A stretch of DNA of 58,523 nucleotides, the filler included, from Stramenopiles sp. TOSAG23-6 (taxonomy: Eukaryota), in NCBI GenBank assembly GCA_900128565.1. It is 2 parts of 2 records of this genome, joined end to end, with 100 filler letters (N's around TTAATTAATTAA, not from the genome) between each part and the next. Parts side by side here need not be neighbours in the genome. Positions count along the whole stretch, not along the records: positions 29,322 to 58,523 come from LT635975.1; 1 more part is not named here. One strand, 5' to 3'. Below the pieces are notes generated by a model. It searched no databases. It had not been told where the DNA came from and saw nothing but the letters and a program-made list of their open reading frames with translations. The position numbers and the translations under genes are program-made. Of this stretch, positions 34,137-44,728 are shown piece by piece (positions within the stretch are counted from its first letter, which is position 1; each line of letters opens with the position of its first letter).

Positions 34137-34258
34137 GGGATATTACCGTACAAATTCGAAATTAATTACGTATGAAATTTGCTATGAAATTTGCTATGAA
34201 ATTACGTATGAAATTTGCTAAAGGTTCAATTTCGAATTTGCCACATGGTAAATAACCC
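34137..34258. repeat. Inverted repeat enclosing four 12-bp tandem units in the selenoprotein 3' UTR
   Basis: CAAATTCGAAATT (34151-34163) / AATTTCGAATTTG (34228-34240) are perfect reverse complements; TATGAAATT(TGC/ACG) x4 inside. Confidence 0.75.
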
Positions 34259-34869
34259 TCTGAAGTCTGGACGTGTTGGCCATTTCGTTTTTTCCTCATT
34301 TTAATGTTGTAAGTATTTGTTATGATTGTGTTGTGTATGAGCGTGTAGTGTATTATTTATGATTGTAGTGCATATTATGAGAGAAAGTTGTAGTTGATTG
34401 TCTACGGAATGTGAAAAGTAGGTGATTTCGTGTTACTTTGTTGTAGAAATTTATTGAATTGATGATGAAAATTTTCTGTATTGATGATTTCAGTGCTTCA
34501 AATATTATTATATTGCATTGAAATTTGAACAGTGAAAATTTGAGTTTGTTATAAATGTTATCACTAACGAATGACATTGTGAAGTCATAATAAAAAAATG
34601 AATAACACGAAATATTATTTTTCTCTTCAAAAGGTTAACGTTATTTATAACGGTTGGGTTGGATCTACAAAATCGGTTGAACACTTGATCGAATAAATAT
34701 ACTACTACCTAGTGCTAGTAGCTATTTACGTATATTTACACATGATCTAATTCTCGTTGTAGGATAGTATATTATCACTAGATCTTGCTCGAACAGATAT
34801 ACACAACGTAACTTTTATGATGTTATCGAGTAAATAGTCATATTAATTATAATTTGTCTGGGTTAAATT

Positions 34870-36654
34870 ATGTCAAATAATAAAAGTACGAACGCAATCA
34901 CACCAGACGAAGTTCAATTCATTCAACATATGGCACAGGAATTTTCCAGAGAGAACGACGAAAATGTCAAAATCTGGAAAGCTCTTCGGCTTATTTCAAA
35001 TGAGGAAAAACTACTTCGTAAAAAGGAACAATTTCACACCACTGAGCAACTACATATGTATCAAAAGACAAGCTCTCCAGTGCAGTATCCAAAAACTCGA
35101 AGACAAAACCGTAAAAGCTGTAAAGTACCAAAAACTCAAAGTAAAAACTGTAGAGTTTCAATGCAACAAAAAGTTCCACAACCAGGTGCTAAAAATAGTG
35201 GTCATTCTAGAGTTACTATACGAAATGCAATGTACAGACCAAATAGACGATCGAAACAAAAAGATAAGAAAATCTCATCAAAAACTATAATTTATTCTAA
35301 CTTTTCTAGAACGCCCCGGTTTGAATGGCAGAAATATAATCAGCCAAAACAAAATAGTATTCCAGTATTAAGTCATATTGACATGCATAAAAAATACAAA
35401 CCGACCCCTGGACCTGGTGATTACAATGTTGCCACAGAATTTTCTCCGAATAGATTACCAAAGCCAGTTGAAAAGATCAATCATCGTCAATCTCAACAGC
35501 TATTCTCTACATCTAATACATCTAATTCTCAACTTACTTTACAAGCTGTAGCCCAGGAAGAAAAGAAACAAAACGATTTAAGTGATACATCAATATTTTC
35601 TAATGATAAGTATTCCCGACAGACTCAAAATGAAATTGATTCTTCAATCAACGCAAAAAATGTAAAAGCATTTGCTGAAAATAGTATTGTAGGGAATGCG
35701 CTTCGAATATGGAAGAGTCAAAATTGGCTAGATAAAGACAAATATCCCCATACGGGTAAATGGATTTTAGTACCCACTGAAGGTTTATTAAAGGATGTTT
35801 CTTCTAGTGTACAGAAAAATGAGGCTGATGAAGTGATACCACTTGTCGATAATGTATGTTTAATTTTTTTTCAATTTCGAATTTATTTTTCGTACGAAAT
35901 TTTGTACCTAACAAATTTTAGTGTTTTTTTTTGGAAATATTTTTCCAAAATATATACGAGCTTGGAAGAAGGTTCATCGAAAGATGACACTGTAATTTTT
36001 ATGGAGAAAAAAATGGAAGAATCACAGAAAGAAGTTTCATCGCTGAAGATGGAGATAGAAAAATTAAGACAAATTTCTGCTACAGCAATGAAAACTTCAT
36101 CAGAAAGTGTCTCAAATTTATCAGAAGAGCGCAAATCTTTAGAAAATCGATGTCAAGAGTTAGAAAAGGAATCAGAAAATCAACAAGATCAAATCATAAA
36201 ATTGAAATCATTTGAAGGTATTGTTGAGGAATTGAAAGAAACTATCAAGGTTAAGCAAAATCAGCTTGATAAGCGCGCCGTGGAACAACAGAAGCTTGAA
36301 AATTATGTGAAGCAAGCTTTAGGACATGCCAACAATACTGTTAAACAGAGTCAAATGAAGTACAAAAATTCGTTGCGAATGTTAAAACAACAATTAGAAT
36401 CAAAACAGAAGGAAATCGAATATTTTTCTACCACTTTGGATAAAGTCAAAATTTCACACAAGCGCGAGGAAAGAATGATTATGTCAGTGATATACAAGCT
36501 TGGCATGCAGATGAACAATGATATATTACATCGAAGTCCGGCATCAGGCGCTGGGCCAATGAATACTCCAACGCCCAACTCTGCTGTACCTGGGTCAGCG
36601 AAAAAACCAACATCATGGCTTGGTCAAAAAAGAATAGCGCAACGTGTTGGTTGA
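34870..36654 (+). CDS. Coiled-coil protein with SHIPPO-like PGPGDY motif and HOOK-like C-terminus; one in-frame family intron
   Basis: TPGPGDYNV; REERMIMSVIYKLG...SWLGQKR resembles the HOOK C-terminus. Confidence 0.7.
   Translation: MSNNKSTNAITPDEVQFIQHMAQEFSRENDENVKIWKALRLISNEEKLLRKKEQFHTTEQLHMYQKTSSPVQYPKTRRQNRKSCKVPKTQSKNCRVSMQQKVPQPGAKNSGHSRVTIRNAMYRPNRRSKQKDKKISSKTIIYSNFSRTPRFEWQKYNQPKQNSIPVLSHIDMHKKYKPTPGPGDYNVATEFSPNRLPKPVEKINHRQSQQLFSTSNTSNSQLTLQAVAQEEKKQNDLSDTSIFSNDKYSRQTQNEIDSSINAKNVKAFAENSIVGNALRIWKSQNWLDKDKYPHTGKWILVPTEGLLKDVSSSVQKNEADEVIPLVDNVCLIFFQFRIYFSYEILYLTNFSVFFWKYFSKIYTSLEEGSSKDDTVIFMEKKMEESQKEVSSLKMEIEKLRQISATAMKTSSESVSNLSEERKSLENRCQELEKESENQQDQIIKLKSFEGIVEELKETIKVKQNQLDKRAVEQQKLENYVKQALGHANNTVKQSQMKYKNSLRMLKQQLESKQKEIEYFSTTLDKVKISHKREERMIMSVIYKLGMQMNNDILHRSPASGAGPMNTPTPNSAVPGSAKKPTSWLGQKRIAQRVG
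35854..35955 (+). other. Non-canonical family intron (GT...AT, 102 nt, in frame, no stop)
   Basis: gat aat|GTATGTTT...TTCGTACGAAATTTTGTACCTAAC...CCAAAATATAT|acg agc. Confidence 0.8.
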
Positions 36655-36662
36655 TAATTGAA

Positions 36663-36736
36663 ATTACATTATAGAACTAATACGACAACAATGAAGTGAT
36701 TACATTATAGAACTAATACGACAACAATGAAGTGAT
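36663..36736. repeat. Perfect 36-bp tandem duplication between convergent genes
   Basis: ATTACATTATAGAACTAATACGACAACAATGAAGTG x2. Confidence 0.85.
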
Positions 36737-36879
36737 ACTATTTACATGAGACATCACACCTCTTCTTTGACAGGATAGTTTACAAAAATTCAATTAAACA
36801 CTACAATATCAAATATATTTTGTTTATAGTACTAAGCGAAAATCCTTTACTAATATATCAGAAAAGTACAATAGTTTTA

Positions 36880-38445
36880 TTAGAAGCCAAAGTGAAATCC
36901 ACCGCCTCCTCTCCCCCCTCTTCCTCCTTGCATAAACATGCTAAATAAGTCGGCTTGTGACATTCCACCCATGCCCCCTCTACCACCACCACAACAGTCA
37001 TCGTCACCACGGTCATATGCAGCTTTCTTTTGTGGGTCGCTAAGTATTGAATATGCTTCATTTATATCTTTGAAAGTTTTCTCTGCTGCAAGTTTTTCAG
37101 CTTCAGATTTACCAGCTTGCTTATCCGGATGCCACTTAATAGCCATTTTACGATACGCTTTTTTAATCTCTTTATCACTAGCACTAATACCCACACCTAA
37201 AGATTTGTAGTGGTTCTTCCGACTTGCACGTTTAAGAGCAACTTTAGCTTTTTGTAATTTTGCCTTGATATCACGGGAATCTACATCACTGCGGCTCATT
37301 GATAATACTTTTTCATAATCACGGACACACATTTCTAAATCTTCTTTACGCCCTTGCTCAAATAAAGCTGCAGCACGTCGAAGGTAGGCTTTAGTGTACG
37401 CTGGATCAAGATTAATTGCTTCATTGCAATCCAGTATAGCACGTACAAATTGACGCTGTTTTGTGAAGCAAGCAGCACGGTTGCAATAGAGTTGTGCGTT
37501 AAAAGACTTGTGTGAAGGATCAATCGTAAGACAGCGAGTATAAGCATCGATTGCTGCCATCCATGCTTGACGCTTAAACGCATCGTTGCCTTCTTTTTTA
37601 GTGCGTTCTAACAGGCGCAACCTTTTGAGGCGTACTTGTGCTTCTTTATCATCCGGGTCTCGGCGCAGAACTTGAGTGAGATGTTTCACAGCCAGGGAAA
37701 AGTTATTTTCAAAGTAAAAACAATCTGCGCGTAAATTCAAGATTATGTTGTTATTAAGACCATCACGCATAAGTTGTGTGGAATATGTAATTGCTTCTGC
37801 ATACATTTTACGTCTAACCATACATTCTAGTTTGATCAAATGAAGTTCGTTACTAGCTGAAGACCATTTCATAGCTTCTTGTACTGCAGCGTAAGCTTGA
37901 CGGTATTGTTTTGATTCTATGAGAGCTTTCGCCCGTGAAAAATACATTTTCCCCTTCTCGACATCTTTACGACCTTGTAAAGCACCGGTATGGCGGGGAT
38001 CACGAATAAGAGTGAGTGTATACTGCTTTGAAGCATTTTCGTAGTCACCTAGTTTTAAGTATGCCGTAGCTGCTCGGAGATATCCCTTGACGAATGTTTT
38101 GTCTATCTCAACCGACTTTAGGGAATCTGCTAAAGATTTTCTCACCTGATTACACTGAAGACGCGCAGCGGCACGATTGCCATAATAAGCAGGATTTTGA
38201 GGCTGTAACTTAATAGCAGCAGTGTATAAATCAATTGCAGCATAATAGTCACCAGCAGAATACTTTTCATTGCCCTGCTTCTTTAAATCCGCAGCAGTTT
38301 CCTCAGGGGAGATTTTTTCAACCACTTCCTCGTCTTCCGTTTCATCAGTGTAATAGTCACTTAACTCTTCATCAGAAAATTCAATTTTAGGCTCCGGTGG
38401 CGATGCATTTGACATCGTTGAAGCTTTTGGAGAGCTGCGGGTCAT
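36880..38445 (-). CDS. DNAJC7: DnaJ homolog subfamily C member 7 (TPR repeats + J domain)
   Basis: TPR repeats (LKKQGN..Y, YYGNRAA, LYCNRAA), J domain with KWHPDK, Gly-rich GGGFHFGF end. Confidence 0.92.
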   Translation of the reverse strand: MTRSSPKASTMSNASPPEPKIEFSDEELSDYYTDETEDEEVVEKISPEETAADLKKQGNEKYSAGDYYAAIDLYTAAIKLQPQNPAYYGNRAAARLQCNQVRKSLADSLKSVEIDKTFVKGYLRAATAYLKLGDYENASKQYTLTLIRDPRHTGALQGRKDVEKGKMYFSRAKALIESKQYRQAYAAVQEAMKWSSASNELHLIKLECMVRRKMYAEAITYSTQLMRDGLNNNIILNLRADCFYFENNFSLAVKHLTQVLRRDPDDKEAQVRLKRLRLLERTKKEGNDAFKRQAWMAAIDAYTRCLTIDPSHKSFNAQLYCNRAACFTKQRQFVRAILDCNEAINLDPAYTKAYLRRAAALFEQGRKEDLEMCVRDYEKVLSMSRSDVDSRDIKAKLQKAKVALKRASRKNHYKSLGVGISASDKEIKKAYRKMAIKWHPDKQAGKSEAEKLAAEKTFKDINEAYSILSDPQKKAAYDRGDDDCCGGGRGGMGGMSQADLFSMFMQGGRGGRGGGGFHFGF

Positions 38446-38686
38446 AATAACTAATAATATATATGGGGTGAGGTCATTCGGGAGAGACTATTAATGGCCA
38501 CTGGTGGTGACGCGCGTGCCGACTCTTTCTAAAAACACGAAATATCTTCAGAATTCTTTTCATTTCGCGAATTCAAACAATTCAAATTTAAATTCATTTT
38601 TCCATTTTTCATTATCTTTCCTACGTGAAACGAATTTAAATTTTAAATTGTTATTCTTCTCATATTATTTGTAGTCTGTTATACAG

Positions 38687-41600
38687 ATGCTTAGCCATGA
38701 TAGTATAAAGCATAGTGAGAGTAATGTTTGGTGTGATCAGTTACGCATCAAGCTCGTGCAGCTTCAAATTATGCACGTAAAAATTAGTCATAGTGTTAGT
38801 TCTCCATCGGGAGACGCTGTAGTACAAGCTTTCGAGAAAATACGAGAGGAATATGTGAAAGATTTGACGAGGTTTGGTCTATCTCAAAGCGATATACCAG
38901 ACCTTGGTAAAATATCAGATTTATTTGGACTTGGGCTTGCTCGTAAGATTTCTGGATTGCGGTGTACTTTAAAGGAAAAGTTTCGTTTAAAAGAGCAGGA
39001 CACTGACAACAAAGCTAACAGTAATTCCTCTGACAACAAAGCTAACAGTAATTCCTCTGACAAAAAAGCTAGCAGTAATTTCTCTGACAACAAAGCTGAC
39101 AATAATTCATCTGACAAAAAAGCTACCAGTAATTTATCTGACAAAAAAGCTAGCAGTAATTTATCTGACAAAAAAGCCAGCAGTAATTCCACTTCCAAGG
39201 ATAAGGTCATTCCCGATGAAAAAGTTCAAGCAGAAACTGCAAAAACAGAAATAGATAGTACTACTAGAGTCAAACTAGACGAAACAAAAATTGAAAATGT
39301 TTCAGTAATACTCCCCAGACATGATAAATCTTCGATAATATTACCGGAAGTCGTAGTTAAAACTATTGACAATTTTGCTAACTTAAAAAGAAATGAGAAT
39401 GATATATCTAAACCTATTAAAAATATAGATGTATCTAGCAGTCGTGTAATGAGTACCGAAAAAGACACAGTACAAAGCAAAAATAATACACTTGATATAA
39501 AAGAAAAAAATGATACACTTGATATAAAAGAAAAAAATGATATACTTGATATAAAAGAAAAAAATAATACACTTGATATAAAAGAAAAAAATGATATACT
39601 TGATATAAAAGAAAAAAATGATATACTTGATATAAAAGAAAGTCCTGGTGATTCCTTTCAACTTCCTGTACCACCACTTTGGCTTGCTAGACTTTTAGCT
39701 AAACGCCAGTCTGAAAAGACTGCGAGAAATAATGAAGAAAAAAACCTGGATTTAAAGAAAAGCAGTATAAAAAATGCAAAAAATTATGGTGAGAATGAAG
39801 ATTTAAAGCAAAATAGTGACGTTGTCTATGCAAAACGTGTAGAATTCGATTGTGAAAATAAAGATTCCATGGAAGAATTTGAGTCTCAAAAAGAGCAAGT
39901 ACAAAAAATTGTCTCCGATATTGATGTAGATGACGTTCAGGTAGTGTACAAAAATGATAAACATTTAAATGATGTTATAGATAATGCTCAGGTAGTGTAC
40001 AACAATGATAAACATTTAAATGATGTTTTAGATGATGCTCAGGTAGTGTACAAAAATGTAGCGTACAAAAATGATAAACATTCAAATGATGTTATTGTAA
40101 GTTTTGCTTCTGACGAAAGTTTTGCAAAACTTTTTACTGAAATAACTGAAGTTGATCATAAAAGTGAAGGAGATGATACCAATTTACAGTCAACAAGTGA
40201 TTCTGAAGTAAGTTTGCATGAAGAAGCTATCAACCATGAAATAATGCGTGTCTTGAAATTTAGGAAAGATGCGAAGTTAGATCAGAATAAAGTAGAACCC
40301 GAGGAGCCATTCTATTTAGATACTAATAGTTCTAATAGTTCTAATAGTAGAGAAAATAAAAGTATAAATTACAATAAAAATAGGATGGTCAGCTCCCTGA
40401 GAAATGTCCATGAAAAAAACATCTTCAATGGGAAACAAGCGCAAGCTTCAATCACACAGGAAAAAAATAGAAAAGAGTCTACCATCTTAATTGATGGCGA
40501 CGCAAATTATGAGTGTACTGAACCCGTACCAAGTTCCGTACCTAACGATTTAAAAACGGTCTCAAAAGGTGTAAGCAACCTTAGTGAAGATGAAATTCCC
40601 TATGAGGAGTTATCATTTGGACTATTAGAAGAATTAGCAAGCAATGGTGATCCAACAGCGGGAAGAATCATTGCAAAAAAACGAGCAAAAAGACGTTTAC
40701 AATTAGAAAGAAAAAAGTTAACACCAAGAGAAAAAGAGAAAAATTGTATAATGAAATCGCAAAGGCCATGGGGAGTTGCACCAAAGTTTCGGAAATGTCC
40801 AAAACGATCTCCATTCATGCATATTAGTAATATTCATCATAGTGATAGTTTAAATAATCTCTCTATACAAAGTAATAGAATAAAAATCATACCTGACACG
40901 TTGAATGGATCAATTTATCGAGATGAGCCTCTTAGAAAAAGTAAACGAAAATGTCGTCATTCACAAAGTTTTAGTAAATACAAGGAGGAAATAATGCCGG
41001 ATATACCTGATGAAGTGCTTGTAGGCCAAGCTGAAAATAGAAATGTAAAAGCAGGAATGTCATTAGCAAAAAAGCGTGCACGTAAAATTCAGTTGACAGT
41101 TCAAAGAAAGAAAATGGAGGATAAAAAACAAAAAGAAGACACAAAAACACGTTTAGAGAAGCTAAAAAAAGTCACAACAAAAGCACGCCTGCAATCATCA
41201 ATGTCCTTGGAAAGCCGACGAGGGTCACCAAACGAATCATTTGCTATAAATGAATCATTCAGATTTCGGAAAAATGAAAAATGCTCAAGAAACACAAAAA
41301 ATAAAAAAAGTCAATCTGAAATTTCAAAATCTATCAAGGTGAATAGCCCAACACTCAGTGCCGAAGCTTTAGAAAATTCTCGATTGCGCGCTGCTCAAAG
41401 GATTAAAGTTGCTAGAAGAGAAAGTATGAAGTTGAAGAAACTCAAAGAAGAGCAAATTAAGCAACAAAAATTTGCAAAACGTGACCAAAGGATTGCTCTT
41501 TTTCGACAGCGACAGGCATTACAGCAGCGTGAAACTTTGAAGAAGAACTGCAAAAGCAATGATAATAGCGATGTCCTACTTAGCGCATCTATGATGAACG

Positions 41601-42019
41601 ATAGAGAGTTTGAACTTTTAGAAAAGGAAATGTCATTATTACAGTCACCAACTCCGCCGCAAACCTTTTCTGATAAAAAAAATGAAAATCAGTATTTATA
41701 TTATGACGAAGCTGAAGAAAGCGGCCAATTTGATAACAATTTGAATGAACAGACAAAAAACTCGTCAAATATTGAGATATCAGAATCTAGCCAAACAATG
41801 CAGCGAATATTACCATCGCCTCAAGAAATGAATTCAATGCGTGTGATGGATGAGATGAAAAAAACATTGATGTATTCTCCTAGAAGAAAGCAGATTTCCC
41901 CAATTGTAAACCAGAGCCCAATACCTCAACCCAGACCGAGACCTATTCCGCTGAAAAAACCAAGAGGTTTAGTTTACATCGAAAATAACAAGATTTCGGA
42001 AAGAAATACACTTACTTGA
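38687..42019 (+). CDS. Hypothetical protein with tandem repeats and coiled-coil
   Basis: 1110-aa ATG ORF; no recognisable domain. Confidence 0.7.
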   Translation: MLSHDSIKHSESNVWCDQLRIKLVQLQIMHVKISHSVSSPSGDAVVQAFEKIREEYVKDLTRFGLSQSDIPDLGKISDLFGLGLARKISGLRCTLKEKFRLKEQDTDNKANSNSSDNKANSNSSDKKASSNFSDNKADNNSSDKKATSNLSDKKASSNLSDKKASSNSTSKDKVIPDEKVQAETAKTEIDSTTRVKLDETKIENVSVILPRHDKSSIILPEVVVKTIDNFANLKRNENDISKPIKNIDVSSSRVMSTEKDTVQSKNNTLDIKEKNDTLDIKEKNDILDIKEKNNTLDIKEKNDILDIKEKNDILDIKESPGDSFQLPVPPLWLARLLAKRQSEKTARNNEEKNLDLKKSSIKNAKNYGENEDLKQNSDVVYAKRVEFDCENKDSMEEFESQKEQVQKIVSDIDVDDVQVVYKNDKHLNDVIDNAQVVYNNDKHLNDVLDDAQVVYKNVAYKNDKHSNDVIVSFASDESFAKLFTEITEVDHKSEGDDTNLQSTSDSEVSLHEEAINHEIMRVLKFRKDAKLDQNKVEPEEPFYLDTNSSNSSNSRENKSINYNKNRMVSSLRNVHEKNIFNGKQAQASITQEKNRKESTILIDGDANYECTEPVPSSVPNDLKTVSKGVSNLSEDEIPYEELSFGLLEELASNGDPTAGRIIAKKRAKRRLQLERKKLTPREKEKNCIMKSQRPWGVAPKFRKCPKRSPFMHISNIHHSDSLNNLSIQSNRIKIIPDTLNGSIYRDEPLRKSKRKCRHSQSFSKYKEEIMPDIPDEVLVGQAENRNVKAGMSLAKKRARKIQLTVQRKKMEDKKQKEDTKTRLEKLKKVTTKARLQSSMSLESRRGSPNESFAINESFRFRKNEKCSRNTKNKKSQSEISKSIKVNSPTLSAEALENSRLRAAQRIKVARRESMKLKKLKEEQIKQQKFAKRDQRIALFRQRQALQQRETLKKNCKSNDNSDVLLSASMMNDREFELLEKEMSLLQSPTPPQTFSDKKNENQYLYYDEAEESGQFDNNLNEQTKNSSNIEISESSQTMQRILPSPQEMNSMRVMDEMKKTLMYSPRRKQISPIVNQSPIPQPRPRPIPLKKPRGLVYIENNKISERNTLT
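39003..39190 (+). repeat. 27-bp coding tandem repeat (SDKKASSNL), about 7 copies
   Basis: CTGACAA(C/A)AAAGCTA.CAGTAATT... period 27. Confidence 0.85.
39479..39640 (+). repeat. 27-bp coding tandem repeat (LDIKEKNDI), about 6 copies
   Basis: CTTGATATAAAAGAAAAAAAT(G/A)ATA(C/T)A period 27. Confidence 0.85.
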
Positions 42020-42162
42020 ACAGATGATGTTAAAAGAACCCTCTATTTTAAAAAATATTGTTGCACGATTACTTTTTTATTTTAGATATAAATAAGCTTT
42101 TTATAATATACGAGAAACTTTATATGTGTATTTTAAATCAATTCAATCAGCACTAACACTTT

Positions 42163-44538
42163 TTAAAATCTCCTTCTTCGTCTTCTTCGTTTTTTTTTTC
42201 GCCTCTTTTTTTTTGCCTTGCGTTTAGCTTTTCTCTTGGTCTTCCTTGCTTTTCGTTTCTGCTTTCGGTACGTCTTCTTGGCTTTTTTGCGTTCTTTTTT
42301 TGCTGCTTTCTTCTTTCTCTTCTTCGTCTTCTTCGCCGCTTTCTTGTCTGATTTTCTCTTTCTACGATCATCCTTTTTCTGCTTGCGCAATTTTTTTCTC
42401 GCTGCTTTTCTCTCAGACTTTGGAAGCTTTCGGATCGCCTTCCTTTTCCCTTTCCTGGCTTTCCGAGCTGACTTTTTCTCTTTGCGTATATTTTTCTTGG
42501 CAGCTTTGTAATCTCTTTTTGCCTGACGTTTAGCCCGTCTTTTCTTCTTCTTTGACGCCTTTTTCTTTTTGCGTATATCTTTCTTGGCTTTTTTGAAATC
42601 TTTCCGTGCTTTGCGTTTCTCTCTCCTCTTCGTCTTCTTCGATGCTCGATTTTCCTTTCTCCTCTTTTTTTTAGATGCTCTATATACTTTTTTTGCTTTA
42701 CGCTTATCTTTTCTCTTCTTCTTCTTCGATGCTCGTTTCTCTTTTCGTCTTTTTTTCTTGGATTTTTTGTAATCTTTTTTTGCCTTTCGTTTATCTTGCC
42801 TTTTCTTCTTCTTAGATGCTCTTTTATCTTTGCGCCTTTTCTTCTTAGATGCTCTATAATCTTTTTTTGCCTGACGTTTATCTCGCTTTTTCTTTTTCCT
42901 TGCTGCTTTTTTGTCTGCTTTTCTTTGTTTGCGATCATTCTTTTTCTGCTGGCGCAATTGTTTTCTTGCTGCTTTTCTCTCAGACTTTGGAAGCTTTCGG
43001 ATTTCCTTTCTTCTATTCTTTCTGGCTTTACGATCTGCCTTTTTCTTCCCCCGTAACTCTTTCTTTTTATTTTTGTAATCTCTTTTTGCCTGACGTTTAG
43101 CCTGTCTTTTCTTCTTCTTAGATGCTCTTTTATCTTTGCGCCTTTTCTTCTTAGATGCTCTATAATCTTTTTTTGCCTGACGTTTATCCTGTCTTTTCTT
43201 CTTCTTAGATGCTCGTTTATCCTTTCTCCTCTTTCTCTTGGATTTTCTGTAAGCTTTTTTTGCCTGACGTTTATCGTATCTCTTCTTCTTCCTGGGGTTT
43301 CGATTTATCCTTTCCATTCGTTTATCCTTTCTCCTCTTTCTCCTTGCAGCGCGTCTCTGCTTGCGTTTCTCCGACTTGGACATCACTTTATTTACACCTT
43401 GTTTGACCAAAGCCTTTCCCCTTTTCACACCTTGTTTGACCAAACCCCCCAAACCCACCAAACCCCCCAAACCCATTGCTTGTTTTACACCAGATGAATC
43501 CTTGTTTTTATTATCCTCGTCACCCCAATCATCATCATCATCATCATCGTCGTCGTCGTCCCAGCTATCGTCTTCATCGTCTTCAGCTTTAGCTTCCTTA
43601 GCTTCAGATTTCGCTTCCTCGGCTTCAGATTTCGCTTCCTCAGCTTCAGATTTCGCTTCCTCGGCTTCAGCTTTCGCTTCCTCGGCTTCAGCTTTCGCTT
43701 CGTCAGCTTTGACTTTTGCTTCCTCAGCATCTTCTTTCTGTTTAGCTTCAGCTTCATCAGCATCTTCTTTCTGTTTAGCTTTAGCTTTATCAGCATCTTC
43801 TTTCTGTTTAGCTTCAGCTTTATCAGCATCTTCTTTCTGTTTAGCTTTAGCTTTATCCGCATCTTCTTTCTGTTTAGCTTTAGCTTTATCCGCATCTTCT
43901 TTCTGCTTAGCTTTTGCTTCCTCGGCTTCTTCTTTCTGTTTAGCTTTAGCTTCTTCGGCTTCTTCTTTCTGTTTAGCTTTAGCTTCTTCGGCTTCTTCTT
44001 TCTCTACAGCCTTCTCTAAAGCTTCTTCTTCTTTTTTTGCTTTTTCTGCTTCTTCCTCCTTTTTCTTTTGAGCTTCTTCCGCTTGTTCCTCATTCCTCTT
44101 TGTTTTTATTTCTTCTTCTTTTTTCTCGGTTTCTGTTGAGCTCGCGCTTTCACTAGTTTTTGAAGTTGAGGGACCGAGAAAGCACTTTTTACAGTCGTCA
44201 CCGTCTTTCATTTTTTTAATGCAGTCGCAGTCAATCTTTCCAAGGTCGTCGACAGAGAAGAAAACACCTTCACCAAACGATGGAAAGACTCCAAAACTCT
44301 CTGTTGTATGATGAGTCGCTTTATCCTCGTATGCATCACATCCATTAATCATTTGTTTTCTAGTAGGTGTGGTGTCGAAAGGAACTAACTTTTTCTCCTT
44401 TCCTTTGCCGATTAACGTAAACAATTGAATCCGCCTCTTTCGTCTCTTTCGAGACTCACGTTGGACTTTACTATCTGCATGAAATATCCTACTGAGCAAT
44501 AATATTATTATCAGCTTGGCTGGTATAAAGCCCCACAT
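42163..44538 (-). CDS. Putative secreted protein with acidic repeats followed by an about 400-aa extremely Lys/Arg-rich repetitive tail
   Basis: Hydrophobic N-terminus (LIIILLLSRIFHA), Cys motif, (AKAKQKEDADK)n, (EAEEAKS)n, (KKDYRASKKKRRKDKRASKKKKRQDKRQA)n. Confidence 0.75.
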   Translation of the reverse strand: MWGFIPAKLIIILLLSRIFHADSKVQRESRKRRKRRIQLFTLIGKGKEKKLVPFDTTPTRKQMINGCDAYEDKATHHTTESFGVFPSFGEGVFFSVDDLGKIDCDCIKKMKDGDDCKKCFLGPSTSKTSESASSTETEKKEEEIKTKRNEEQAEEAQKKKEEEAEKAKKEEEALEKAVEKEEAEEAKAKQKEEAEEAKAKQKEEAEEAKAKQKEDADKAKAKQKEDADKAKAKQKEDADKAEAKQKEDADKAKAKQKEDADEAEAKQKEDAEEAKVKADEAKAEAEEAKAEAEEAKSEAEEAKSEAEEAKSEAKEAKAEDDEDDSWDDDDDDDDDDDWGDEDNKNKDSSGVKQAMGLGGLVGLGGLVKQGVKRGKALVKQGVNKVMSKSEKRKQRRAARRKRRKDKRMERINRNPRKKKRYDKRQAKKAYRKSKRKRRKDKRASKKKKRQDKRQAKKDYRASKKKRRKDKRASKKKKRQAKRQAKRDYKNKKKELRGKKKADRKARKNRRKEIRKLPKSERKAARKQLRQQKKNDRKQRKADKKAARKKKKRDKRQAKKDYRASKKKRRKDKRASKKKKRQDKRKAKKDYKKSKKKRRKEKRASKKKKRKDKRKAKKVYRASKKKRRKENRASKKTKRREKRKARKDFKKAKKDIRKKKKASKKKKRRAKRQAKRDYKAAKKNIRKEKKSARKARKGKRKAIRKLPKSERKAARKKLRKQKKDDRRKRKSDKKAAKKTKKRKKKAAKKERKKAKKTYRKQKRKARKTKRKAKRKAKKKRRKKKRRRRRRRF

Positions 44539-44728
44539 CACTATTCTTGGCTATAACCAATAAGAAGAATGGGTGAATTTGAACGTGGGCATAGAAAAGT
44601 ATGTTGAACAGTCTGTGTTCGTTCTTCTTTCACCAAGTCAAAATTCAAATTTGAAATTTGAAAAATTTCAAAAAACTTCGTCGCGAAATGAATTTGCAAT
44701 TTATTTTTAAATATTAATACGAATTTTG

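Noticed and set aside
15838-35955. Covariation between the first intron base and position -3 (G:C, A:T) as a terminal inverted repeat
   Set aside because: Holds for 15838 and 25908 but fails for 35854 (G/T) and 10889 (A/C); terminal complementarity is only 3-6 nt.
36663-36736. 36-bp duplication as a regulatory or mobile element
   Set aside because: Simple two-copy slippage (or assembly) duplication with no other copies in the window.
39003-39640. CRISPR-like arrays
   Set aside because: Head-to-tail 27-bp coding repeats without unique spacers, no cas genes, eukaryotic context.
42153-44071. Overlapping and antisense ORFs (42153-42938, 43361-44071 and others)
   Set aside because: Shadow frames of the low-complexity repeat gene; the same applies to most short ORFs in the track.
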